From IMG/VR virus record IMGVR_UViG_3300033076_000514, positions 1-43,157 of that record: DNA of 43,157 nucleotides. One strand, written 5' to 3'. The notes under the pieces are model-generated. The model did no database searches and was not told the origin of the DNA. It was given only the letters and a program-made list of their open reading frames with translations. Origin of the DNA: a virus (Duplodnaviria > Caudoviricetes). Below, piece by piece: positions 17,328-25,916 of this stretch; within the stretch, counting starts at the first letter, position 1; each line of letters begins with the position of its first letter. A program made the translations under genes and the position numbers.

Positions 17328-17915
17328 TTAAATTTCTGGATGGTCTGGTTGTGCTGGGCCTGGCTTGCCAGCAGCACTGGTTGTTACCGCTGCAAACGCG
17401 GGCGCTGGAGGTGCGCTTCCAAAGCTGCTTGCAGCAGGGCTGCTTGCTTGACTTGAGCTTGATCCAAATCCTGGCGCACCAAATCCTGCACTTGAGCCGC
17501 CAGTGCTGAAGTTCCCTGCTGGCGCAGAAAAGCTAGGTGTTGTTGGTTGAGTCGTTGTTGAGCTGACATTTGTTGTTCCTAATGTTGGGCTAGGCAATCC
17601 TGCTGGCACAGCCGATTGACCTGCTAGTTTTTCTTGTGTTCGACCATAAGCTGAAACACCTAACACAGCACACATTGACACGTGGAACAGGCCACCGCCT
17701 TGTAGTGTAATAGGCACCCACTGACGGAACGCATCATTGGCTGCTTCCTGTTCCCAGAACTGCACTACTGTGAACATAATTGGGAATACAGCAAAGTCAC
17801 ACAAACAGCATGCCATATACATAAATGCTGCACATGGACGCCAGTATTTCTGCATCCATTCACCGCGGGTCATAATTTCCGCGGCCTTGGGTTTTGTTTC
17901 TTTTTTCTTGAACAC
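17328..17915 (-). CDS. Holin-like membrane protein (GTA_holin_3TM-like) with low-complexity tail
   Basis: WMQKYWRP...TM...LGVSAYGRTQEK pattern; GGGAG SD, GTG start, TAAATA at 17946-17951. Confidence 0.65.
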   Translation of the reverse strand: MFKKKETKPKAAEIMTRGEWMQKYWRPCAAFMYMACCLCDFAVFPIMFTVVQFWEQEAANDAFRQWVPITLQGGGLFHVSMCAVLGVSAYGRTQEKLAGQSAVPAGLPSPTLGTTNVSSTTTQPTTPSFSAPAGNFSTGGSSAGFGAPGFGSSSSQASSPAASSFGSAPPAPAFAAVTTSAAGKPGPAQPDHPEI

Positions 17916-17948
17916 GTTGGCTCCCTTATTGTTATTATTGTTAGATAT

Positions 17949-18098
17949 TTATTGCAAACGATCTAAGAACACAACCAGGGCCAAAAATGCAAGAAATATA
18001 GTCATTGACACGCTTAACACTGTGACAACTAAAAACAACAAGGCAAACCCTGCACCGTATTCTAATAGACGGTCTATAAAATCACGTTTCTTTTTCAT
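17949..18098 (-). CDS. Small membrane protein (49 aa, missing from ORF track)
   Basis: MKKKRDFIDRLLEYGAGFALLFLVVTVLSVSMTIFLAFLALVVFLDRLQ; ATGA coupling. Confidence 0.55.
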   Translation of the reverse strand: MKKKRDFIDRLLEYGAGFALLFLVVTVLSVSMTIFLAFLALVVFLDRLQ

Positions 18099-18877
18099 CT
18101 TCCCGTCCAGACTTTAGGTTCTGCCTCCCTTCTGCGTTGTTCCTCAGTTTTTGGGATCCAGCCGGTTCCCAAATGCGGATATTTTTCAATTCTGTCCTGC
18201 ACAACCCAGCTCATGCCCACAATAAAGCAGCCCATGGTAGCAATGATTATTAACACAGCTATGCCCTCAATGAAATACCGGTTCATAAGGTTTCTTCTGC
18301 GTTGCTGTCTAGCTGCTTCTGCTCTCATGTCGCGGGCAATCAGCAGAGTTTGCTCTTTGCCCATGGTTTCCATCATTTCTGATACTTCTGTGTAAAGAGC
18401 CCCTAGTTCGGGTGGGCTTTGATAAATCATTACCTCACGTAGCTCTTTGCCCATTTCTTCCAGTTGCTTACGCATCAGCACACGCTGCAGGGCACGTTTA
18501 CCCAAGCTGGCATCGCCTCGATAAACTTCGTTTTTGGCTCTGCGTTCCTCTTCATCAAAGATAGCCACACATTTATAGTAGTTGTCGTAATACTCCCCGA
18601 GCTTTTCGCCAATTTCTTGGTAAATGCCTGTGTGTTGTCCTGCGTTGGCTTTTTTGTTTAGCTCAATGACTTCGTTCTTTTGCTTGATAAAAGCATTGCG
18701 CTGTTCCACAGTGGCAGGTTTTTCTGGAGGATGCAGTTTCTTAAACTGATCTTCCATGTCTTTGATCACGTCCTTGACTTCGCCGGCAGCGCCCTTGATA
18801 TCTCTATAAAGTTTGCAGCCAGCTTTGACAGCAGAGACGGCCCCATTTGCAAGGGCAAATAGTGTCATTGGATCCAT
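18095..18877 (-). CDS. Coiled-coil protein with C-terminal transmembrane helix
   Basis: MDPMTLFALANGAVSAVK N-terminus; TM IAVLIIIATMGCFIVGM. Confidence 0.75.
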   Translation of the reverse strand: MDPMTLFALANGAVSAVKAGCKLYRDIKGAAGEVKDVIKDMEDQFKKLHPPEKPATVEQRNAFIKQKNEVIELNKKANAGQHTGIYQEIGEKLGEYYDNYYKCVAIFDEEERRAKNEVYRGDASLGKRALQRVLMRKQLEEMGKELREVMIYQSPPELGALYTEVSEMMETMGKEQTLLIARDMRAEAARQQRRRNLMNRYFIEGIAVLIIIATMGCFIVGMSWVVQDRIEKYPHLGTGWIPKTEEQRRREAEPKVWTGR

Positions 18878-18913
18878 TTTATTCTTCTTATTATTTGGAT
18901 CTCACTCAAGAGA

Positions 18914-18939
18914 AAGCCCTGCTATTATTTACAGGGCCC
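18914..18939 (-). promoter_or_regulatory. Hairpin with TAAATA in its loop (terminator/promoter composite)
   Basis: GGGCCCUG-UAAAUAAUAG-CAGGGCUU followed by UCUCUU. Confidence 0.55.
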
Positions 18940-18969
18940 GTGCTCTAGATTAAATGTGTGCTTATCGGC

Positions 18970-19509
18970 TTAGAACCAAAGCCAAATACCTTGACTCAAC
19001 AGCAGCACGCCAATGACGGCCACGCCCTCAGACACCTTATACATCTTTTCATTCACAGCAATGATACTTGCTGACAACAACACAATAGCAAGTTGAAATG
19101 CCATTGACGCAAATGTTAGCCATGGACTGTGTCGAGCAGCGTCATCGCGTGCTTTTTCATAGCCTTGTGCTCGAGCCAACAGCTCCTTTTTGCCTTCGCC
19201 AGTGGCAGGTTCTGACTCGTAACGTGCAATTTTTGCTTCTAGTTTGGCCACACGTTCTCGATTGTTGTTCTTTTGTGCTTCTTCTAGCTGTCCTTCAGCA
19301 ATGGCTTGCTTGATGCTTTTGCTTTGATAGAAAGCATAGGTGTCTGTGGCCTTTAACATATTCTTTAACACTGCACCTGAGTGCGAGTTTGCAAAATATG
19401 TTGTCACTGCCATGAACAACGCCATGACAACAATTACAAGTCCTGCTTTGTCTTTGATAGCTGCTTCACGTTCCGACCGTGTGGGTGCTTTTTTAACTTC
19501 TTCTGTCAT
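18970..19509 (-). CDS. DUF4337-like membrane protein
   Basis: TM...YAFYQSKSIK...GEGKKEL...QLAIVLLSASII pattern. Confidence 0.7.
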   Translation of the reverse strand: MTEEVKKAPTRSEREAAIKDKAGLVIVVMALFMAVTTYFANSHSGAVLKNMLKATDTYAFYQSKSIKQAIAEGQLEEAQKNNNRERVAKLEAKIARYESEPATGEGKKELLARAQGYEKARDDAARHSPWLTFASMAFQLAIVLLSASIIAVNEKMYKVSEGVAVIGVLLLSQGIWLWF

Positions 19510-19510
19510 T

Positions 19511-19636
19511 TTATTTTCCTATAAAAATTGATGCTATTGCTAGACCTATTACAATGCCAGCAACAACAGCACTGATCATTTCGTGCTGGGTCCAGATTTG
19601 AATTCTATGTTGATCTCGCGCATCCAATGGTTCCAT
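19511..19636 (-). CDS. Small single-TM protein (41 aa, missing from ORF track)
   Basis: MEPLDARDQHRIQIWTQHEMISAVVAGIVIGLAIASIFIGK; TAAATA (19641-19646) 4 nt upstream. Confidence 0.5.
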   Translation of the reverse strand: MEPLDARDQHRIQIWTQHEMISAVVAGIVIGLAIASIFIGK

Positions 19637-19643
19637 GGTGTAT

Positions 19644-20624
19644 TTACCCGCGCTCAGGGAAATAATCTTCTATCACACTGCGTCTGCGTATGTCCACAGT
19701 AATGCAATGCATGCCGCCGTCCCAGAACCCACGACATCTAAATGGCACCCAATGCACACAAATGTCGTGCTCTTTTAATGTTTGTTCCAGCGCAGCATTG
19801 TAACCCAACATCATTACGTTTTTTTCGTCGATGACCAAACAATTTAATTCAAAATAAGTTTCAGTGTAGTCACCCACCCAGTCTTGAGCATGGCGAATTA
19901 CGTGTTCATTGAAGCTGTGATTCAGTGTCACGCCTTCGGCATAGAATTTGCCATTGTATTCTTTGCCAGGCGGCGGCGAAGTTCTGTGCTGCCAATACGT
20001 GGGATGATCCAAAAAGATTGTTTGCCAACCGGGGAAATTTCTATCATAGCCGTTGTAATAATGATTGGCAATGATCAAGCCAGGCTTTAACACAGCAAAA
20101 CAACCATCCATGTGCCCACCATTTTTTTCCCAGGTAATTCTGTAGTTGTCAAATGCAGAATTTTCCAGCCTGGGAATATCAAATACGTCTGTGTCGATGA
20201 TAACATCGCGGCCCACACGCACCACATTGGCGCCATTGATAATGTGATTGGTCCCTGCTATCACATTGCCACCAGCGGCGCGATACTGTTCTAGTGTGGA
20301 TTGCCATGCTGGATTGTTGCTGTAGGGAGTTAATAACGTCGTGCCCTGTGTTAAAAAGGTATCGCGTGGGCATATTTCGGGTTTCTTCAGCGTGCCTGCT
20401 GAGTCGACAAAATCGTCAATGGAATTGTATTCGGGCCTGCGAACAACAACGCCAAATTCTTTCAGCTTGTTTTCGATTGTTTTTAAATCCTGTTGCGTCT
20501 TTTCAGTTATTTCGTAGAATACATCGCGCACCGCAGGCTCTAAATGATCATACCAATCAGCGGGATATATGTCTCCAAGCCATACTTCTTCCAGTGGGCT
20601 CCATGAATTGTGACTGTTGATCAA
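19644..20624 (-). CDS. Amidinotransferase (pentein superfamily)
   Basis: NSWSPLEEVWLG, CPRD, GHMDG, GGMHCITVD (catalytic His and Cys motifs). Confidence 0.85.
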   Translation of the reverse strand: MINSHNSWSPLEEVWLGDIYPADWYDHLEPAVRDVFYEITEKTQQDLKTIENKLKEFGVVVRRPEYNSIDDFVDSAGTLKKPEICPRDTFLTQGTTLLTPYSNNPAWQSTLEQYRAAGGNVIAGTNHIINGANVVRVGRDVIIDTDVFDIPRLENSAFDNYRITWEKNGGHMDGCFAVLKPGLIIANHYYNGYDRNFPGWQTIFLDHPTYWQHRTSPPPGKEYNGKFYAEGVTLNHSFNEHVIRHAQDWVGDYTETYFELNCLVIDEKNVMMLGYNAALEQTLKEHDICVHWVPFRCRGFWDGGMHCITVDIRRRSVIEDYFPERG

Positions 20625-20926
20625 TGGCCGGCCCGTTCAAATATGTTTTTTTGTATTTGATACCATTGTGTCCAGGCATCATTTTTGACCGCACATTCGT
20701 AGTATGTGGAATAATTTATTGTCACAGTTGTGGCAACGTCACTTAATTTTGCATCGTCTGTTAATTTCTGTAGCTGTGGGCAGCGTTCCAGTGCATGTCG
20801 GGGAGGCTCGGGGAAACGTGCTGTGACAGGAACTGCGGTAGAGCAGCCAGTGATACAGCTGATTAACATAATGGCCATGATGGCAAATACCACAAAAGTT
20901 GCTACTGGTCTACGGTCTCGGGTCAT
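20621..20926 (-). CDS. Putative o-spanin (Rz1-like lipoprotein)
   Basis: Lipobox ITGC, Pro-rich FPEPP, extra Cys; follows the i-spanin. Confidence 0.7.
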   Translation of the reverse strand: MTRDRRPVATFVVFAIMAIMLISCITGCSTAVPVTARFPEPPRHALERCPQLQKLTDDAKLSDVATTVTINYSTYYECAVKNDAWTQWYQIQKNIFERAGH

Positions 20927-21381
20927 TTTTTTGGTGCCTCTGCTGCGTCATTGTGTGCTTGAACAAATGATTTGGGAATCACACACTGTGAATCATACTT
21001 AGTGACTTCTCTATCAATGTATTGTTTTACTATGACCTGGCGCCCTTGAATTACTTTTACTTGTTGTTGTGATTTCTTTTCCAACTGTTCCGTGGCCGCT
21101 TTAGACTCTGCTTCAGCTTGCGCCAGCTTTGTTTCTACTTCACGCACACGTTCACGCCAGGCCATTTCTGCTGAATAGCCACCTCGAAAATAAACCCCGC
21201 TCAATAGAATAACAATACTTGCTATTTGTGCTGACTTTATGTGCGGTGCCAGTGTAGGAACTAAACGTATCAAGTGCTTTAATAAAAAGCAAGTCAATAC
21301 AGTAGACAGCACACCCGCAATTAAAACTGCATCAACTATGAATGCCAAAAATGCGTCGGGTAGAAAATGCAGCAGCCACAT
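20923..21381 (-). CDS. Putative i-spanin (Rz-like)
   Basis: N-terminal TM segments, coiled coil, C-terminal CVIPKSFVQAHN; directly downstream of the endolysin. Confidence 0.7.
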   Translation of the reverse strand: MWLLHFLPDAFLAFIVDAVLIAGVLSTVLTCFLLKHLIRLVPTLAPHIKSAQIASIVILLSGVYFRGGYSAEMAWRERVREVETKLAQAEAESKAATEQLEKKSQQQVKVIQGRQVIVKQYIDREVTKYDSQCVIPKSFVQAHNDAAEAPKK

Positions 21382-21384
21382 CAA

Positions 21385-21999
21385 TTATGCTCCAAATACG
21401 TGCAGGGCGTGCTCGTAGTGTTTTATTCTATCTTCAAGACCGATGTAACCGCCATTGATTATTCGAGTCATTGTTTTGATATCTCCGGCATCGGCCCATT
21501 TGTTTAGGTTGTTTGTTTCCCAGAACCAGCAAGCACTTTGCACAGCGCCTTCGAATGTGCCCAGATATTCAGTGATTTCTTCCACAGGGGTTTCAATAGA
21601 GTCTGCGAAATTCTGATAATTGGTTTTGCCTGTGAGCTGAATCAATCCGCGTCCACAATAACGAAAACCATCGCCTGACGCTTCGTCGCCATTGCCCATG
21701 CGGTTGGCATAGACCCGGTTGGCAATCCGTTCACCTTGATTGGCATACTGTGCTGCCAGCTCGTCGGTGGGGAAATACTTGGGAAATACTCTGCGTAATG
21801 ACGCTGCTTTGTAATTTAAGTTTTCACGCAGGAAAACATAGTTGCCCGACTCGTGTGCTGTTTGTGCAATGAACGAAGCCACACGCTGTGGTGTGTCAAT
21901 TTCATATTCGGGAAGAATTTCATTTAATGCGTGAACCCAATAATCCAAATAAGGGTTCTTGCCAATGCAGCTTTGTAATTGTTCTTTTGTGATTTGCAT
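21385..21999 (-). CDS. Glycoside hydrolase family 19 endolysin
   Basis: FIAQTAHES, ENLNY, GRGLIQLTGKTNY, SACWFW, INGG. Confidence 0.92.
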   Translation of the reverse strand: MQITKEQLQSCIGKNPYLDYWVHALNEILPEYEIDTPQRVASFIAQTAHESGNYVFLRENLNYKAASLRRVFPKYFPTDELAAQYANQGERIANRVYANRMGNGDEASGDGFRYCGRGLIQLTGKTNYQNFADSIETPVEEITEYLGTFEGAVQSACWFWETNNLNKWADAGDIKTMTRIINGGYIGLEDRIKHYEHALHVFGA

Positions 22000-22023
22000 G
22001 TGCGCTCCTGTAGCACATATTTA
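21998..22023 (-). promoter_or_regulatory. TAAATA promoter plus start-codon-sequestering hairpin of the endolysin
   Basis: UAAAU-AUGUGC-UACAGGAGC-GCACAU-G. Confidence 0.65.
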
Positions 22024-22224
22024 GCGCCTGCCCCAGCTGATCCAGTTCCACACACGCTCGTGAACAAAATAAAGAACAGTATTAAATGTTAATTGAATTA
22101 CCGCAATGGTGCTGCTCACAGCAAAGTCCCCTAGTATTGCATAGCTAATGGCAAATGTAGCTCCTGAACCGCATATTCGCCAACTCACTGTTTTAGCTAT
22201 GCTGCGAGCAGTGGTTTCGTTCAT
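22021..22224 (-). CDS. DUF2061-like small membrane protein
   Basis: RSIAKTVSWR...YFVHERVW. Confidence 0.8.
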   Translation of the reverse strand: MNETTARSIAKTVSWRICGSGATFAISYAILGDFAVSSTIAVIQLTFNTVLYFVHERVWNWISWGRR

Positions 22225-23018
22225 TTTAATCCGAGATCTCGACGAATCTTTGTAGCACTGATATCATGTGTGGCATCATCAAAGGTTTCCTGCTCGATCT
22301 TGTAGCCTACATCACGCCCGTAGGTAATGTTTACGATGTTGGGCACAACTTGAATTTCATACTTGCCTTGATAAATGGGATCTAAATCACGACGAATAAA
22401 TGATTTAACCCGTTCAATTTCAAAAGGATTGGATCCTTGCCAACCTTGACAGTCGCGTATTTGTATAACAACTTGTCCGGTCTTTTTTATAGCACGTTCA
22501 AACAGCGCACGATGCCCGTCGTGCCAGGGTTGCCAACGTCCCAGCATTTGCACAGTTTCTCGTTTCCAGTCAAATGTGGGACGGCGGAAGTTTCCCAGGA
22601 TGTGATGCGCCACAAATTCGCCCCATTTTACTGCGTCCTGTTCTGTTATGCGGAAATCATAAACTTCGGGTTCCTGGAACATGGCATTGGTGTCTGCGTA
22701 GCGCCCTTCTCTGATGGTATCCACCCATACTGTCCAGTCTGCTTTGTAGTTGTCGCGCATGGCTTTTAAGGGCGCAACAAAATCACAAATAGCATAATCA
22801 CAGCCTGAAGCGTCGGCCAATTCTCTCATGCGTTTTGATTGACGTATGCGACCGGCTTCAGAAAAGTCCCAGTCATCATACTTTTTACGAATATCGTCGG
22901 CATTGAACCAAGCCACGGTTTTTGTAGCAGCTTGTAAATGATCTAAGATATACTGTGCTAGATATGTTTTTCCCGCGCCTGGCAGGCCCATTACCAAAAT
23001 ACGCTGTGTTTGTTTCAT
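22221..23018 (-). CDS. Adenylylsulfate-kinase-like domain fused to an HxGH nucleotidyltransferase
   Basis: GLPGAGKT, NADDIR, DFSEAGR, FVAP, FQEP (CysC-like); GRWQPWHDGH and ISATKIR (HUP NTase). Confidence 0.82.
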   Translation of the reverse strand: MKQTQRILVMGLPGAGKTYLAQYILDHLQAATKTVAWFNADDIRKKYDDWDFSEAGRIRQSKRMRELADASGCDYAICDFVAPLKAMRDNYKADWTVWVDTIREGRYADTNAMFQEPEVYDFRITEQDAVKWGEFVAHHILGNFRRPTFDWKRETVQMLGRWQPWHDGHRALFERAIKKTGQVVIQIRDCQGWQGSNPFEIERVKSFIRRDLDPIYQGKYEIQVVPNIVNITYGRDVGYKIEQETFDDATHDISATKIRRDLGLK

Positions 23019-23635
23019 CTTTTTTTCCTTGAAGCATGATGAGCTAACGCATCTGTAGGCTGTGCGCCCACAGGCTGAAAATACTTGGAGTTAGTATCTT
23101 CTTTTATTATATCATTTATCATGATATTATCCCAAGCAATGGGAAATTCCAATTCACGTTCTAATTTCTGCAAATATTGTGCGCCATAAAGATGCAATAA
23201 TTCATAACTCAAATATGTGGGCTGTGCAAACTTTGAATATTCAGCCACGGCCTGCTGATATGTTGCACCACCGCGCACACGAGTTTGTTGATAATCTAAT
23301 ATGTTGCAATCCCTGCCCAGCACAGCTATCTTTACTCTGTGGCCCAAATTCTGCACACCTGCCACAAAGGCTTTGAAGTCCGGCACAGTGGGTTCACCAT
23401 TGTTCATATACGGCACTGAAATAGACGTAACGTGCCAGTCACTCTGTGTCCAAGCGGCATGACGTAGATCCTGAGGATTCAACCAGTAATGCGCCCAGGG
23501 TTCTTCGTCGTGCCCAATCCAGTATTCACTCAGCAGCGCACGCCAACCCAGCACACGCGGATGCAGGGCAAATATCTTTGACCATAAATGATTTCCCGAA
23601 CCCTGCGGGCCTGTTAGTATTAATAAGGTTTTCAT
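23015..23635 (-). CDS. Sulfotransferase-fold P-loop protein
   Basis: ILTGPQGSGNH, IAVLGRD, YLSYELL; start at MKTLL by ATGA coupling. Confidence 0.6.
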   Translation of the reverse strand: MKTLLILTGPQGSGNHLWSKIFALHPRVLGWRALLSEYWIGHDEEPWAHYWLNPQDLRHAAWTQSDWHVTSISVPYMNNGEPTVPDFKAFVAGVQNLGHRVKIAVLGRDCNILDYQQTRVRGGATYQQAVAEYSKFAQPTYLSYELLHLYGAQYLQKLERELEFPIAWDNIMINDIIKEDTNSKYFQPVGAQPTDALAHHASRKKR

Positions 23636-24282
23636 TGTGCTAAATTTGCCAAAAAGTCCATGGTTCGACCAGTGCGAATTCCTGTTAATTGAAATGTCAC
23701 ACGTGGGTGATATCCAGCATTGGCAGTGGAGTGTGGCATGTTTTGCCAATCAAATGTTGTGACATCTCCTGCACGCCATTGATTGTAGTGATAGTTGCCA
23801 TATTCCCAAAACTGTCCTGGTTGCCAATCAGTTAATTGAATCATTATTCTCATGATGGTGTCCGGTGCTTCCGGAGCCCATTTATATAGCTTGTCTATGT
23901 GTAGGTTCCACAATTCTCCGGGCTGCTGCACGTGAATGCGATTCATACAGCGATCCAAGCCCACTGCGTCAGAAATGGCCTGCAAGCTAGCGGGCAAGCG
24001 CCAGTTCAAATGCGTAATGGCCAAATCTCGATTCATGCCATTGGCAGTTAAATCCAATTCTTCTGCTGCTAGTTCGTCTGGCGGGGCTTCAATGCCTTCA
24101 CCTTTGTATCCACGTGTGGCCCAGGTAGCTGGTTTTGCATTTGCAATAATATCTTCTAAGTCCCCTTGCCACGTGGGTTCAATGTGCCCTAGATAAGCCA
24201 TTGCGTCTTGGGCGCTGTCTTTTCTTTTGGGATCGAAATGATAGCGGCTTCTTGATTTTGCTGTTTCCCAATTTGATTTCAT
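23632..24282 (-). CDS. 2OG-Fe(II) oxygenase / cupin-like protein
   Basis: LHID...PHSTAN...RVTFQ (HxD...H...R pattern). Confidence 0.7.
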   Translation of the reverse strand: MKSNWETAKSRSRYHFDPKRKDSAQDAMAYLGHIEPTWQGDLEDIIANAKPATWATRGYKGEGIEAPPDELAAEELDLTANGMNRDLAITHLNWRLPASLQAISDAVGLDRCMNRIHVQQPGELWNLHIDKLYKWAPEAPDTIMRIMIQLTDWQPGQFWEYGNYHYNQWRAGDVTTFDWQNMPHSTANAGYHPRVTFQLTGIRTGRTMDFLANLAQ

Positions 24283-24902
24283 ATTACTACTACCTTTGCA
24301 TCTGCGTATTCGTATACCTGTGAATATTCTTCAGGGGGCTGTGCAATGTGTAATAATTCACACAGCTCTTTGTTATCATATGGCACTGATCCAGGATACG
24401 TCAGCGTGGCGTTGACAATGCCTGTGTTTTGCTGCCGAATAATCCCGGCCATAGTTTTTAAATCTCTGTAGTAATCATGATACCGGGGATATGTTATATC
24501 AAAATGACCACATTTTACCCACCAGCCCAGGCAAGCGTCATCCCCACGATACACCAATACAATAGGAACTTCAGGAAATAGTTTTCGTAAATGGTCGATA
24601 TGATCACTAAAGATGTGACTTTTAATGATGCGAACGCCCTTTGCATCTGTGCTAAAAGGTGTGTCAAACATGGCTTCAAGTTCTGCACGAGTGTATTCAT
24701 TTAAGTTCTCTGGTATGTTGCACGCCATGCCGGGATCAAAATAAGCACCCAAGTGCATTAAATCCATTTTGCCCCCGGCATCGTGATAGTAAGTCCATTC
24801 GTCCCTGTAATCACTACGATCTATACTGGGCGAATAATAAATGTTTTTTACAACTGAGCTCCATTTAGAGCCTGGAGCACCGGCTACGAAAATATATTTC
24901 AT
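24279..24902 (-). CDS. Sulfotransferase-fold P-loop protein
   Basis: FVAGAPGSKWS, RIIKSH, IVLVYR. Confidence 0.6.
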   Translation of the reverse strand: MKYIFVAGAPGSKWSSVVKNIYYSPSIDRSDYRDEWTYYHDAGGKMDLMHLGAYFDPGMACNIPENLNEYTRAELEAMFDTPFSTDAKGVRIIKSHIFSDHIDHLRKLFPEVPIVLVYRGDDACLGWWVKCGHFDITYPRYHDYYRDLKTMAGIIRQQNTGIVNATLTYPGSVPYDNKELCELLHIAQPPEEYSQVYEYADAKVVVI

Positions 24903-25864
24903 TGAAGTGGGATTTTTCTAAAGTATGGCATCCATTGTGTGCGAATGCTTTCGAGATATTTACGCACACCTTCGGGGGTCTGTTCGCTTTTTACAGCATA
25001 CATCAAATTGTCTTCGAAAATCTTTTTGGCTTCGGCACTGTTGATTGCCGGCACAAATAATTTATTGTAGTAATCAATTTGCTCCTTGGGAGTGCCCGGT
25101 GGCATCACAATGACCCAGGCTGCATAAACATTGAGTCCTGGGATGGTATCTTTCCACAGTGGAACATCGGGAATTTGCGCCAGCTTTTGCTCGCCTGCCA
25201 AAGCAATGTATTTTACTTTGCCGGCTTTTACCAATGGATAAGCAATGGCCGTGGGCATAATACCAAATTCCACTTGATTGCCTGCTACATCTTGCACTGC
25301 TTGTGCAGGACCTTTGTATAACACACTTTTTACTTGATCACTGTTGCCGTTGCTTTTGTCCATTAGGTATTCAAATACCAATTTGTGTGCTGTTGCACCC
25401 AGTCCAAAATTAATGGGTTCTTTGGTTTCACGCAAACGCTTGACCAAGTCTTGCGGTGTGTTTGTTTTGCTGTTGATATTTGCAACCACGCACAGCGGAC
25501 TTTTTGCAATGGTTGTGACCAGCGCAAGTTCCATTGGGTTGTATTGTGCTTGCTCGGGATACCAAATTTCAGTGGCTGTGAACACCCCTTGTTGACTGGC
25601 AATAAACAAGTTGCTGCCGTCCAGTGGCTGTTTGACAAACCAATTAAGGCCCACAGTTTCGCCTGCTCCGGGTTTGTTGTTTACAACATAGGCAGTCCCG
25701 GGATTGTTTTTTTCCACAACGGAACTGACAATTCTAAAACTGACTTCGTTGCCCGACCCTGGAGCATAGCCCACTGTGACGTTGACCACTCGGGGCGGGG
25801 TAAATGCCATGGCTCCTGACATCGCTGTTATAGCTATTGCTGTTAAAAATTTTTTGATCATCAT
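24899..25864 (-). CDS. Bug/TctC tripartite tricarboxylate transporter substrate-binding protein
   Basis: Signal peptide, VGYAPGSG, VNNKPGAG, YKGPAQAVQDVAG, PPGTP. Confidence 0.88.
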   Translation of the reverse strand: MMIKKFLTAIAITAMSGAMAFTPPRVVNVTVGYAPGSGNEVSFRIVSSVVEKNNPGTAYVVNNKPGAGETVGLNWFVKQPLDGSNLFIASQQGVFTATEIWYPEQAQYNPMELALVTTIAKSPLCVVANINSKTNTPQDLVKRLRETKEPINFGLGATAHKLVFEYLMDKSNGNSDQVKSVLYKGPAQAVQDVAGNQVEFGIMPTAIAYPLVKAGKVKYIALAGEQKLAQIPDVPLWKDTIPGLNVYAAWVIVMPPGTPKEQIDYYNKLFVPAINSAEAKKIFEDNLMYAVKSEQTPEGVRKYLESIRTQWMPYFRKIPLQ

Positions 25865-25916
25865 GTTGGCTCCTTAAATAGTATTTGAAAATCTAACTTA
25901 TATATCAAAATTTTTT

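Noticed and set aside
23636-23749. N-terminal extension given by the ORF track (also 1758-1799, 4666-4695, 17318-17377, 42980-42994)
   Set aside because: Extensions overlap upstream genes; coupled or SD-supported internal ATGs fit better
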